From the NCBI GenBank assembly GCA_000934665.2, contig KZ538027.1, forward strand, positions 62,001 to 126,000: a stretch of DNA of 64,000 nucleotides. Direction: 5' to 3'. A program made the translations under genes and the position numbers. Under the pieces are notes generated by a model, which was not told where the DNA came from, did not search any database, and worked only from the letters and a program-made list of their open reading frames with translations. The stretch is from Catajapyx aquilonaris. Taxonomy: Eukaryota. Shown here piece by piece: positions 24,194 to 37,600 of this stretch. Within the stretch, counting starts at the first letter, position 1, and every line of letters starts with the position of its first letter.

Positions 24194-24822
24194 CGTTCGA
24201 ATTTGTGTTTCGAACTGTTTTTCGAACACGAAAACAAACGATACCGAATAGCTACATGTCGATACTGACAACTGTTACAAAAATAGCGGCTATAACAGTT
24301 ATATTGTAATAAGCTGTTTGAATTTAAAATTGTAAGCACAAAATTGTTTAATATCATACAACGACAATAAGCTTCATGTCATTAATTCGTTGCTAAATTT
24401 TTATTAATATTTATAATAGCGTGATTGCAATCAGTTTCAGTGATGGGCGATTTCAATGTGGCGATGGTCGATAGCAGCTTTTGTTCCAAGATGGCGTCTC
24501 TTTTATTTATTTTTCCGCCTTTTCGAACGTTCTTTTTATTCCAGTGAAAGATGACGGATAGATTCCATTTTCCAGTCTAAAATCCAGCAGGTTCGGGTTC
24601 TAAAATTTTTAACATTATTTTTGGCATAATTTTTTTTGATGTGGTGACGTGCATTTGAGACGTTCAGTCAAGAAATCGTGTGAAATTAATAATTTCCCTT
24701 TTATATTCAGGTATGTGAGTGACGCTTGAAGGATCTTAAGCTTCCTAAGCACATTCTGAAGGGTTTGAAGCTTCATAAGCACAATCTGAAGGGTTTGAAG
24801 CTTCATAAGCGCAATCTGAAGG
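24194..24822. promoter_or_regulatory. Bidirectional promoter/5' UTR region of MFSD9-like and NPAT
   Basis: 629 bp lie between the divergent ATGs. There is a YY1-like CAAGATGGCG at 24487-24496 and a probable NPAT 5' UTR intron ending at AG 24709-24710. Confidence 0.65.
24727..24822 (+). repeat. 30-bp tandem repeat (3.2 copies) abutting the NPAT start codon
   Basis: Unit TGAAGGGTTTGAAGCTTCATAAGCACAATC at 24727, 24757 and 24787, then a partial TGAAGG directly before ATG 24823. Confidence 0.88.
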
Positions 24823-27800
24823 ATGAATTCGACCCTGCTTCCATCAGAGGTGGCCAGGCTTGTGCTTGGTAAGTGTAACGCACTAAAGGGACCTAACAAA
24901 AGTAACGCTAGGACATGACAATTTGAATGCAATTAGGGTACTTGGAGCAAGTGAGCGACGTGTGTTCCGGCGCATTCCTGAACCACTCTCCGCACCTGCA
25001 AGAGTACCACGCCCTGTTGCAGCAGGGAAGGAAGCCCAAGACTAAGATAGACGGGCTGTGTCTCACGGAGATACTGGACGAGTGGTGTCAAGTCAAGGCT
25101 CTTGGTAAGTTAATTAATATGCCGTTAGTTGCAGAAGGATATAACGAGCGGGAATTTCCAGTTGAGTCGCTGATTCAGTGCTTGTCTGAACGAGAGCGTA
25201 AGAAGGTGACATCGCCACGACTGGTGAGACAACTTGAGGAGTACATCCGGCTTATCAAGTCGGAGTTGCCTGCACGTCCAAGGCCTCTTCCGTTCAGAAG
25301 AGTATGTCATCGTGAATTCACTTGGATTTAACAAGACTAATGGGTTGATTTTCAGCTGGCGATTGCAGGACGAAGCGCTGCTCATGCTCAGGGTGCGGCA
25401 ACCCGGCAAGTCTTGCCAAAGGAGATTTCTGTGATTTACGTGCCCCAGCAGCAGGCGGTCCATACGGTGCCTCCTCCAAGGTTGGATCATGCGACGGCAA
25501 AGACGGAAGTTGGCCAGCAGGTGTCTTTGCCTGTGAGCATTGCTGTTAGAGGGAAGAAAATTGGAGGCAAGACAATCGCAACTGGAGGTATGACTTCTGC
25601 ATTTCTGTTGTCTCTTAATGCTGAAATTTCAGGTTTGAGGCAATTCCAAGTTTCTTTACGATGTAAATTGGATCTGTTCATTCCAGGTACAGAAGCAAAC
25701 ATATCTGCAGTTAGAGAAGAACCAGACTCAACAAGCCAGAAACCGTAAGTTACATTATAATGTTGCTGTACATTGTTGTTGACTGTATTGCACCGATTCA
25801 ACAGTGGGACAGCGCCACTGCAGACAGAAGTGTCGCCAGTTGCAGAAGCAGCGAGCGAGGATCCTTCTGCGGTTGACACCGAAGAAGTATGTATTTCGGT
25901 TTACAGCGCAAAATAATTGTGTCTTTAATCCTGATTCTTTGTGTCTAACTTTTAAAATAGGCGATGCAGGTGATCAAGGATACGTTCCTCCAGTCCCGTG
26001 ACCTTCAGGCTTTGTTGGCTGAAAACATCAACCGTGCACTGGCAGAGCAGCAGTGTAGCGGACCATCAGGGGCAGGAGATGACAGTGCCAACAGAGAGAG
26101 TGAGAGACTGCTGGACCATCAGAAGCTGCAGGACATAATCCATCAGACGGAGTCCAATCCGGTCTTTGAAGATTTTTTAGCGGAAGTGTTTGATGGTTTG
26201 TTAGCATACCGTCTGATCAAGATTTCCATGCTGATTGTGGGAAGTAATTTATAAAATACGTTGCAGATGTCGGATTGTTCGGAGGGGAAAATCAGCCGGA
26301 CGTCACAGCATCTTCTCCTCCATCACCCGATTTGCCTGCTACACTGCCACGGGTCTCACCTCCTCCAACTTCTCCATCACATGATCCTGCATCTTCCCCT
26401 CGCCCGTCATCACCCAGTGTGCTTTCCGAACCTCCTGCCCTCGCTTTACCGCCCAGCTTAGCCCCGTCACCTCCTCCTTGTCCGTCTCCTTCTCCGCATA
26501 CTCCTCTTCCCAATTCATCACCTCAGCGTGCTTCCACTCCTCCACCTGTTTCCCTTCCACGTACATCCCCTCCTTCCTCTGTACCACAGTGTGTTCATAA
26601 GTCGAGGAGAAGAAAGTGAGTCACTTACTTATAATTCCAGTGAGGTGTGTGAACAATAATGGTTTCTTCCAGACAAACCGAGAACAGGAGAAAGGGACGG
26701 GGAAAGAAGCGAGTCGAGCAGAAAGAAGAGGAGGAATTGCAGACGTCGCTTGACAGCCAGAATCAAGAAGCTATCATGCGGATAGTGCAAGTGTGCGGAG
26801 AGAAGGACGATGCGGCTGGTGGGCCTTCCACGCCTGCCAGATCGGTTCTGGTCACCCCAACCAGGTCGTTCTTCGGCTTACCCAGACCTCACTCGACCCC
26901 GTTTGGCAGTTCTGTCGGGATGTCTACGCCCTCAATCAGTGATATCTCGGGTCCGTCTGGCAGTAACACTCTTCTGACGCCATCTGATGGAACAGTGGAC
27001 CCTTGTGCTGTCAGCACACCGCTAATGTCATCCGGTGCGGGAACATTATCGGGAGCAGCGTCTGGCGGAAGCACACTGACTCTTGTGCCAACTAGTGGAA
27101 GTTTGGTGGCAGAGAGCAGCTCCCCAGCACAGGTGTCGTCGAGTGTCATCATGTCAAATGTGGTACCATTTCCCGGAAGTTCCCCTGTGGTGGTTCTGTC
27201 AAACAGCATGCCAATCATGTCCATGGTTGGGAAGACAATGACTCAGACATCACCGACTCACAGGACTCCAATAGTGTCATCCTGCGTTGGAGGGACCCAG
27301 AACTCAGCCGTGACAGTGTCACCCGTGGGCGAAGTCCTTCAGTTGTCTCCACGACTCGGTAACAGTGTCGGGAGTGAAAACCATGCCGCGTTGATTCCCA
27401 TCGGGGATGATACTGCAACTCCTGTATCTGACAGATACATCATACCAGACGTGAACCCCCCGTCGGACTTGAACACGCCAGCTGATGGGCTGAACATTCC
27501 TGAGCAGTACGGTATCAACAGAGTGCAGGTTCAAGCCGACCTCCGTCTTCCTACCTACACTGTTAGCAACACGGGAGTACCTCCAGGTCTGCTTGGCTCT
27601 CCCACTGTGATGGTCCTCCAGCCGTATTCGGAGCATGACAAGAGATTACCCATTCTCCCAGAGGGTCTACAGAGTGTCGCAGAAGGCCTTTTACAACTGG
27701 GGGAAACAAATAAACTTAAGAAGCAGCGCCCGAAGCGAACGTTGAGGCCGAGACCTATTAAACCAGGTGATTATTTTATTTCATTTGTAGTTGCTTCCTT

Positions 27801-30800
27801 ACTTACTTATTTCACTTTTCCAGCCCTTAGTACATCGTCAACATCAGATGCGAGTAACGCACCAGTGACTGCTTCAATCACATTGACGGCACCTGAACAA
27901 CACACGTCAGGAGATGCTGCCTCTCAACAAAGCAATGTTGCATCAACCGATTCTCAACCAAGCACGTCAGGATTGCTGGCCGCTCAACAAAGCAATTCCA
28001 GTTAGTTCGCTTGCATTAATTTGAAGGATTATTTCAGTTCCGGTCTGAATATCGCATTGCTTGTAAATTGCTGAATATATTTTTCAGGTGCTTCGGATCC
28101 GGTGCCAATAGAAGACATCTTCTCCAACAATTCGCATTTCTCAGAGACTAGTGAGCCGCAACTCCAAGTGGACACGGACATCTCCGCAACCGACACTTCA
28201 GTTCCTGAGGATAAAAATGCTTCGCACGCATCTCAACCGTCAACAGGAGGCAAGAATCTGCGAGGCTTCTCTTCAGTTCTTCGCATGACCCTCGATACTT
28301 ACGCCTGTATCAACAAACCAGGGAGTGATGAAAAAAATACTTCTGTACCGCCCCCACCTGTGATGGAGACCCCGGATGCGTTTAGTTTTGCGCCTCCTCA
28401 GCGCCTGACCCAGTCGACTCCAAGGCAAAAGATGAGCCACGTTCGCTGCCTCGACTTCAGCACTCCGCCCAGAGATGACCTCCCGGCAAGACCCGTTCCA
28501 AGATCAGTCGGACAAAAGCCTTTTCCTCTCACGAAATGGTGCATCTCTAACGCACGTGTCGGACTTTTCAAGTCACCGGCAGAACCATCAGCCGGCCAGA
28601 TTAAAGTTCGGTTGCCAAAATCTGTGAACACTCCGGAAGCAACTTCGGAAGTCTGGGATCAAGTTGGAGCCGGAATGATATTTGAAACGGGAAGAAAAAA
28701 CAAAAGCGGGGCTAGCAGAAGTTTGTTCTCGCCTGAAGACAATGAGAAGACTGGCCCCAAAAGTACTGGGAGGCAACGTGGCAAAGAATCCCAGGGCAAT
28801 CCTGATGGTCCAGCCAATAAGTCGCTTTTAGCATCCTCATCAGCTGCTGTCAGAAAGTCTCGTGCGATGCAGTGGGATGCGAGTCTCCGCTCAGTTCTTC
28901 CTTCTATTCCGGAGGCCTCCAAGTCGACCCGAAAACGTGTGAGGAGTAAAAAGAGCAAGACGGCCAAGATGGAAGCGTTTAAGAAGAAGGCGGAGGCAGT
29001 CAAAGCGAGAAAACGCAGGAAGAGTGCAAAGAGTAACAACGATTCAGATGGTTCAGACGCAGAGGTTCCAGCAAAGCCGGCAGCTGCTCCAAAAAGGACG
29101 AAGCCTCAAGCGAAGACGAGAGCACAAGTCAGCGAGTCAGACACATCTGGAAACTCCGAAAACAAGTCAGCTGAAGACAAAGAACTGGAGGATATGGCCC
29201 AACAGGTGGACAGCCTGCTCACGGACAGTAACCCCACAACGCCTGGTAATCCCATGCCGCCGACCACTCCAGCTCATCCAACGACACCCGGCAACTCAAT
29301 GCCTTCCCTTCCTGCTACACCTGCCGTTAAGACTTCACCGCCTTGCTTACCTGGTAAACCAAACACTCCTGAATCCTCCCCTGCTAACGTTGCGACCGAA
29401 CCTAACCGTGATGTTACATTTGACGTGCCGCCAACCCCTGGCGACCCCAATGTGCCGGTGTGCCACATTCCAGATGATCCTGGAGGAAGTCCCGCCATGG
29501 ACCTGACCACTCCGCGCAAGGAACTTTATGACTTTCTATGCCCGCTAGGCACCATGTCTGTCCTGAAGACGCCACAGACACCAGACATATCCGTATTCAA
29601 CCTCCTGGAGAGTCCTGCCTACCGTTCCAATAATCCGTACACCCCCAAAAACTGTAGTCCTAAAGGTCCGCCTCCAACTCCTGGTTGCAATATTTCACCA
29701 TCAAACTTCAGGCCGTCCAGCAGCGTGAACACCATAAGCCCTACGCAGTTGGTGGTGTCGTCTCTGCGGAAGTCTGGAGGCGCTTTGGATCTCACCACTA
29801 ATTCTCCAAAGAAGACTGACAATCCGACTGTCTCCGAGCGATTGGAAGAAGTGAACGACGATAGTGATAGGGAAAGTGGCGAATCTGAAACTAGTGATCT
29901 GGTCGATGTTGAGGAAGTGCGAGAAGCCTGCGAATCGCCAACTGAGAGCCTTCGACTCAGATACAGTCCAGACCACACATCGTCAGAGGCATCGCTAATG
30001 CACATTGCACCTTCAAAAGATGCGCAGTTGGTTCCCAAGTCATTTAAAAAACTCTCTTCATTGTTCTCGCCTGTACCTGGACGCTCAGAATCACTGGTGA
30101 ATTCACCAATTAATTCAGCATTTTCACCTCCTTCACCACCAATGCACTCGCCAAATGTATCGCCACATTCTAAAACCGCACCGAAAACATCGACTGTAAA
30201 GCCATTGCCAAAAAATAAGAGTACAAAGGGAGCCAAAGCAAACACAAGCAAAGCCGTAAAGAAGCCACCCAAAAAGAAGAGAACAAAAGAAAGTATTTCT
30301 TCCCACGAGATTGGTTACAAGACTTACAACACGAGGTCAAAGTCGTATGCATCGCAAGATGAGGTCACGACAGTGGAAATTGAGCTGGAGTACCAGGAGG
30401 TACCAGCCTGTGACACTCTGAAGCGTAAAAGGACAGAATCGGCATCCAGTGATTCGCCGGTAGTCAGGACGAAACGGAGAAGGAGTCAGGTGTTAGCCGA
30501 AAGCCCACAGCCTCCGACACCGGAGCAGGCAGCAGATACGATCAGTAGCGCTGACCTGCCTGTGGACGCACCAGAACCAGAGCCGGAACCAGCGGAAGGG
30601 ATCGACGTTTCTGATCAGATGGAAAGCACTTCAGTCGCCTGCACCAGTCTAACACCTGTCCCTAATGTCACCAGCGTCACTGTGTCAGAGACACCGACGC
30701 AGAGCTTGGAAAGCCAAACCTCTTGTAGGGTCACACAATTGTCGACAACGCAGTGGTCAGATAAAAGCAAGAGAGCTGTCAAACAGCCACCTTCAAAGTT

Positions 30801-31618
30801 CGCTATTGGAGGTGACGATAATTGTCGGTGCCGTCTAAGCATAACACCATTTAAATTACTTCTGTCACTTGGTGACGTCACTGTCGGGACGCCCGGGGAT
30901 GATCCACGATTAAGCAAAGGTGGTCCAAAATCGAAGCAACTGGAGCCGCATCATCAGAAGTCGGCTTCTGTCATTACGAAGACCCATTTGGATACCGGGC
31001 TTTCGATGCCACCCCCAGTGATTAGTCTGGTAACGTCGCCATTGGAAAGATCCGTCACTCCATCGCCATTGGAAAGATCCGTCACTCCATCGCCATTGGA
31101 AAGATCCGTCACGCCATCACCATTGGAAAGATCCGTCACCCCAGCGCCATTGGAAAGATCCGCCACTCCAGCGCCATTGGAAAGATCTGTTACGCCATCG
31201 CCATCAGCCAATTCGTCAATGACTCCGGTCCACTTAGACGATGGGCTGATGAACTATGCAATCATTGGGAGCGAACGAGTCGAGTTGGAGGAGCCAAGCG
31301 ATCAGATACTAAGGTTGTGCCTTACCAATGGCATAAGCGTGAAGACAACAGCACCGCAAGTGTATCCTGATTCTGAGAAGGGAGGCACACACGTTAGCAA
31401 AGCGTCTGAGAAGGAAGTCACCAAGTTGCCACCAAAGAAACGGAAATCAGTGGAGGAAGTGGCACAATCCGTAAGTTTATGCTCGTTTAGGCGGGAGTGC
31501 CATTTTTGCTTTCATGATACGTTCTGTGTTTCAGGAGCAGCGACAAGGCGACCAACAGAGGCTTCTTCAGCATGTGAACGTGGAGGAATTTCTTTCCCGA
31601 ATCCATGGAAAGGAATAG
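24823..31618 (+). CDS. NPAT: NPAT / multi sex combs (histone locus body scaffold). Exons 24823-24868, 24937-25104, 25162-25301, 25356-25587, 25687-25744, 25805-25886, 25961-26195, 26267-26615, 26673-27766, 27824-28000, 28088-31470, 31535-31618 (about 2015 aa).
   Basis: The N-terminal LisH-type LLPSEVARLVLGYL resembles human NPAT MLLPSDVARLVLGYL. Also present: LAENINR, IIHQTESNPVFEDFLAEVFD (like the NPAT TESDPAF..LFD region), a long S/T-P-rich disordered body, and C-terminal VNVEEFLSRIH (like NPAT DVDKFLLSLH). Junctions are phase-consistent (6048 nt). A few internal boundaries are ambiguous. Confidence 0.88.
31036..31203 (+). repeat. Coding 27-bp minisatellite (about 6 copies) encoding (S/A)PLERS(V/A)TP in NPAT
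   Basis: Unit TCGCCATTGGAAAGATCCGTCACTCCA repeated in frame. Confidence 0.92.
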
Positions 31619-33704
31619 TGCGCCTGTGCCTTAAATACTCTTTAGCATTGTTAGTGGAATATTATTTTAAAATATTGTAATCGGAGTGCTGGAGACAAAT
31701 GTTTGTAGAAGTGGCTGTGATGTCCAGTGTTCCGTGACTCGTCTAATCAGCCTTTTTATCATTTCATGCATCAAGCAAAGCCTGTAGAATTTCACTAGTT
31801 TGCAGTACTTACGATGCACAACTACAGAAGCGTATGAAGTATGAAGGATACAAGGCTAATTAGACCAAGGATATTTGGCGGAACACAACCAGTCGTATCA
31901 TGTTATATTATCCGACTTTAATTTTTATCACGAGTATTTGGAATAATTGTTCGTAATAGTAATACGATGTAGCCGAAGAAACTTGTCATTAGCGACCTCA
32001 GAGACCTCGTACAATGTGTACCTAAGATGGTGATTGCACTGTCATTATGCTATGGTATTTAGATGTAAGTCTTACCAGAACTATCATGTTTCTAAATAAT
32101 AATAAAAAATAGTTTTCCTTATTCCACATGCGTATTCAGCCCACATTTCTTTTGTCCATTACTATTCCTGGCTTGCATAAGAAATGTACCAAAAATAAAA
32201 AAAAGTGGTCATGTTAATTACGGATGCACTAGAATAATACATGCGAGATATTATTTTAATTTGCAAGCTAGCCTCTGCGTCCATTTACTTTTGGACCATA
32301 ATTTTATTCCATGCTAACCGTCAATTGTGCGCAATTGTCCCACCCACCAGTTTATCCCAAATTACATAGCATTGCAGAAAAATCAGGTCCCAATTTTCAA
32401 TTTGCGTACTTTGTTTCGTTTAGATCCACGGACCAGATTATTGCGGCAGTACTGGTGGCCCCGGCTCTTTTAAAAAAAATAGGTAATGAGGATCCGCAGC
32501 AATTAAGGGTAAAGTATTTTGTATGTCGTGAGCATTTGGTTTTTGTACTTCCTGATTATTTTTGTGTCCATTGCAGCAGGAGGCCGTTGGACTTTTTGGG
32601 GGCACGGGCTGGGTCCTTGCTCTCTTCAAGCCTCGGAGGCGAAATGTGAAGATCAGCTCCCCACCCCTTCATTTGCAAGCATGGCTCAACAGGTATGTGA
32701 TAAACACATCCAAGGCACGTGCCCCCAATTGCTTCAGTTTTGCTGGGGACGAACAATAATCCAGAGTGAAAAGAGGCAAGCTAATTAGGGCCTTCCCTTT
32801 TGTTTCAAGATGTGAAAGGGGAAAAACTGCCCCCATTTAGCAAACGCGGGGTAATAAATATGCAAAATAGGCTGACGGTGGTGGTGGTGGTGTGGTGCGG
32901 AGGACTCTCTCCAACTTCATCTCGCCTGGACCGAGAGAAAGGCTGGCAGTCAGATGAAGCCTGGAGGTTGCCGCTTCAATTGAAGAAAAATTACACCTGA
33001 GGCTATGATGTATACAGGGTGGTGCATTGCACATGTAATTTTCTGATGCAATTACACTTTCGCTTAAATTTTTTCAAGATTTGTATCTGACCGATTAACG
33101 CATTAGCGTCTCGTTACATTACAGAGAGAGCAGCAGATATGTAGCGGAGTATATGAATTTTTTTTTCTTTTTCTAAAAGATGAGTTATGCGTTTTACTTT
33201 CAGGGTCAGCAAAATACATTACTGATAATATTATGCCAAATAGAAAGTTAGGTTTCCTGGACCATCACACTTTTTAGAGCTTGAAACATTAGGAAGTGAC
33301 CCTGTCAGAGGTCAAGGGTTGAACTTTTTCTAGGACATTATTTCTGCATTGGTCAACACGTGATATTTTCTATTCAACCTGGAAATTGTTCCTAACAATA
33401 ATAAATAACTTGTTAAGTGTGAATCCGGAAATATTTACAACGCCTTCCTCATGTAAATTTTTTTAATTATTGTTTCCCCCTTTCTCCGCTTTTTGAAGAA
33501 AAAAAAATATTCCCCCACCTTTTTTTTTGTGGGTGTGAAGATGATGCTCGTGTAATTGCCACTCCCACACACTGTCAGGCATACATTAGTGATATATCAT
33601 ATTGACATCCAGACACTAGAGGGATGGTCCGTTTTCCCTCAAAAAAATATGACGGAAAATAATATATAAACATGTAAATTAAGCTAACAATGTACGCAAC
33701 TGTA

Positions 33705-33977
33705 CAGGGTGGTACATTACCCAAGTAGTCAGAGACAAGTAGTTTAATTTATTTTAAACGTTGCTGGTGTTTATCTTGTGACATTGTGGAATTAATTATT
33801 AATGACCCAAATAATTGTCTTTTGACATTGTGGACACAATTAATTAATTAATGATCGAAATAATCTTCACTGATATCAACAACCAGGATGGTGGAAAGAA
33901 TTAATTGCTTTAATTAATTAGTTATTTTTTCCCAGCCTGTGCTACTGGATTTGATGCTTGGAGAGTGTACCACCCTG
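33705..33977. mobile_element. Tc1/mariner-type MITE, 273 bp
   Basis: Terminal inverted repeats CAGGGTGGTACATT / AGTGTACCACCCTG (13 of 14 match), flanked by TA on both sides (33703-33704, 33978-33979). The same terminus recurs at 33015 and 61755. Confidence 0.75.
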
Positions 33978-34668
33978 TATGTGTACTTTTTTCGTCTTTT
34001 TTTGATCACTACAGGGCTCCGTTGGTATTCTCTCTTTCTTTTTTTTTTACCCTCCATATTATTCAAAAGGGGTCGGGGGCGTTGGCGCCAGGAGATCCTT
34101 CGGCGTGACCGGCTCACAAGACCCTGTGAATGATGGGGAAGGTAGGCTGAACTGCTGCTTGGATGCAAAGGGAAGGAGGAAAAAAAAGGAGAGTTCGCCA
34201 TGGACATGGAGAGAGAAAGGAACAGAAGAATCATCATCATCGCCATTGGTTTTCTTGGGTTGGAGACGAGAGAGAGACCCACGTGGCCCCCTCAACGCAC
34301 ACGTGTTGGATATCCTCGACCTCTGATCCGGACACACTTATTTCGATGTGCCCTGATTGAGGCGATGACTAGGTGATTGAGTCACAAAAGTCACACTTAA
34401 AACGGACTGTCACTTTTTTTTTATTTCGGCAAAAAAACAGTATATCTATACGATTCAACCCCGTGTCTCTACAGAATAATACAGGCTGAGCAGCCCGATT
34501 CTAGCAGCCTAATTTTTGTGAGATCCTGTACTGCAAATACATTTTTTTTTTTTTTTGCGAAAGTACAAAAAATGGGCCCTTTGTACAATATGGACAAGTT
34601 TGCTCTCTCCTCTTTGATATTAGGAACTGTCTCTTGGAAAAAGGTGCTGGTTTTGACATGGGTCAAAA

Positions 34669-37600
34669 TCAGATGGAGAGTGATGGTCGCTTCTTACGCA
34701 GCGCCTTGCTGTTCTTCCCGAAGATGGTTCCAAGGACCTTTGAGACGCTGTTCACTCCCAGCTTCCTTCGAATCGGCAAGGTTCGAAGGAGCTGCAGGGA
34801 ACGTGCTTCCCTCAGGAGAGACTGGAAGGCCAGGGCAACTCCAGTCGCATTTTCGGCAGCGCTCACCTCGTAGAACTGGCAGCCAAACTGTAGAGACAGC
34901 TCCTGACCATCGTCCACTGCTATTTCCCTGAAACAAATCAAGAAAAAAGTCACACTTTGAGACAAATAACCTACTGTTCGTTTTGTGGCTCCGCAGGCAA
35001 ATGAACGTTATTGTGGCGCCTCAGGCCAATGAACGTTACTGTGGCTTTGCCACTGCGAGATGCACTTTTGCGCCCTCTGAAGAGCCAACGATTGCGTCCA
35101 TAATTTTTTTGTCAATTTTTGGACGTTTGAAGATCCATCAGGTGGTGGCTTGGCCCCATTTTAACAACAGGAGCTCTCCATGGGTGCTCAGGGCAGATAC
35201 AAGCCCCCCTGGGGATGATGCTGGGATGGTTATCCCTTGCATTTCACACACACGCCAACTTTCGCCGTCAAGCAGCAAAATAAGAGGGGGTCCCTCGCAT
35301 GATCGCATGTATCACGCCCGCAATTGCTTTGGACATGTGTATGATCGAGCCTTTTACGCGCACTGCATGCCGGATAACAACACAAGAGAAGCGAAAACCT
35401 GCTACTTGTCGCCTGGAAGTGTTTTTCTGCTGTGGGGGGGCGCGCGATAACGGATCTGGGGAGGAGTTGTCATGAAAATCATGATGCACTTTCAATATGC
35501 ATGTGACAGACATTTGCCTCGGGTTCCATGTAGTACACCCCATGTCGAGCCCCGGAAGTTTACAGGTCAATGCCACTCAAGTTTATACCCAAAATATGTT
35601 CTCATTTCTAATGGCGGTCGCCCACGATCAATCTTTAGTTGTTCCTAATAATATACATATCAGATTTAAATGTTCGTTTTAAGAATAATCACTTCCGTAT
35701 CATCCAACAGGAGACACTCCCACAACACCCTGAGGGAATTCCCTATATAATCCCCAGGATAATTCCCCCAAAACACACCCTCCTGCTGGGGTCCTGTACG
35801 TCACTGTCCCTCTCGGCATTGTAACTGCAAATGAAGTAGAATCAGCAGATGGTCTGCCCCGGGGCCAAACATGTTACGAGGGGCCAAAGGTCATCTCCAG
35901 CCCAAAAAATCATAATCCGCGGTCAAGTTATCCGGATAATAAACACTCCCAATTTTTTCCATGGTTAAGCAGCTTCCCCTGTCATCACGGAGCGGAAGAG
36001 CACTTGACATTGTCATGCTGACTAATTCGACACAGGTCTAAGCGAAAACTGGTAGGGACCATCATCCTTCCTCTTCTTCTTTTTTTATATATCTTGCATG
36101 GCATGTGTGAGTATAGGCTTTGCCCTTTTTTTTTCTTCTTCTTCTTTCTTACCGTGGTGTAGGAGGGTCAGTGCCCTTGCCTTCCTTTGCAAATTGGATT
36201 TTTATCCTATCCTTCAGTTGACCATGAGGCTACCCCCTTGGTGCATATGGTGACTCACACTGCTGGGGGCCATATGCAAACAAAAAAAAATGGCGATTTC
36301 ATCCAATATAAAAAAAATTGTCTAATTAAAATGGGTTTTGGTGGTGGGCCACGTGCGGCGGGCGTGGTCAGAGACATATGGGTTTCGTGAGAGGAAACTA
36401 AAATGTAAATGAGGTGTGAAGTGCAGCAGGATCTTACAACACATTCATACACGCCGCCAGAGAAAGCCTCTTGATTGACGCTGAAAGTGTTGGTCACGTG
36501 GCTGCCAAATTAACGTCTAATTAGCAAACGGAAAGGGTATGACTCCGCCTGATTTTGCCGCCATTGTTACAATATGGTCGGATCAAAATAATTGAGGAAT
36601 GTTCAGTTTGTTGAAAATGTATAGCCTGAGGCATAGAAAGTAGTTGTGATTGAGAGGTAGTCATGTCTTGATGAAGCTGCAACTCCATCTATGTCAATTT
36701 GATTCTTTTTTTTTTCTAAAAGCATTGCTGAAGTGCATCAGTAGAACGGGGCCGACATTTTGTCATTTTCAAGCATTTATTTTGCCAGAGGTATTGAGGT
36801 TCAGTGCACTTGGTCAGCCTGACCTCTTCAAGGTCCTCCTCCTACACCTTCGCACTAAATTGCAGACAAGTTTGAAGCCATTTCCAAGAGGTGGAGAGAG
36901 AGAGAGAGCCAGGACATTTTCTTGTGGGGCTCATTACGATTCAGCTATTTCGGGTGCACGCCCGTCGTAATTTCATTTCACAAGTTTCTGACCCCCCCTC
37001 ATCTTTGTGGGCGGATGCTGCTGGGTTGCATCTTTATTCGAGCCAACGAAGATCGAGCTTCGACGTCACACGGTTGACACAATGACAACTATCACTTCCT
37101 GTCATGCTGCAGGGCCTGCACCTTTTTTTTATATCATACATCGTATATGCTGTTGCATGGAGTGAAAGGACTGCATCTAGCGGCCATCACCTACGACAAG
37201 GAGCAGGGTTGGGGGGCAACCATATCAATAACACTTAAGAGTGTTACATGGGCTTGTTTTTATACGCATTTATCCCGGGTAGGATGTAGGCTACGTACGT
37301 GTAGGCTTGGGGCTGCTGTAAACTCACCTGGAGTGGTCGAGGTCGCGCTTGTTTCCCAAAAGCAATGCCGTGAAGTAGGAAGGCAGCTTGTGCTTGCTGA
37401 GCTGTGCCAATAGGTCGTGGGCGTCGTTGAAGCTGTGCCGGTCACACACGCTGTACACTATCACAAATGCGTCGCCCCATCGTAGGTGGTCGTACAAGCA
37501 CCCGGCCGTCTGAAAATAACCAACAAGAAAAACCATTTATACAAACAGTAAAGTGAAAAGTCTAGGAAAAGACCTTCCGATTGTCTCCACAGAGAAGTGG

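Noticed and set aside
24196..24230. Three TTCGAA motifs resembling a heat-shock element
   Set aside because: The spacing does not fit alternating nGAAn pentamers.
28398..31211. Several minus-strand ORFs up to 217 aa
   Set aside because: They are antisense shadows of the NPAT exon with no recognisable motifs.
31471..31680. C-terminal part of the 1192-aa ORF as the NPAT end
   Set aside because: It runs through a GT-AG intron (31471-31534). The spliced frame gives the NPAT-like VEEFLSRIH terminus.
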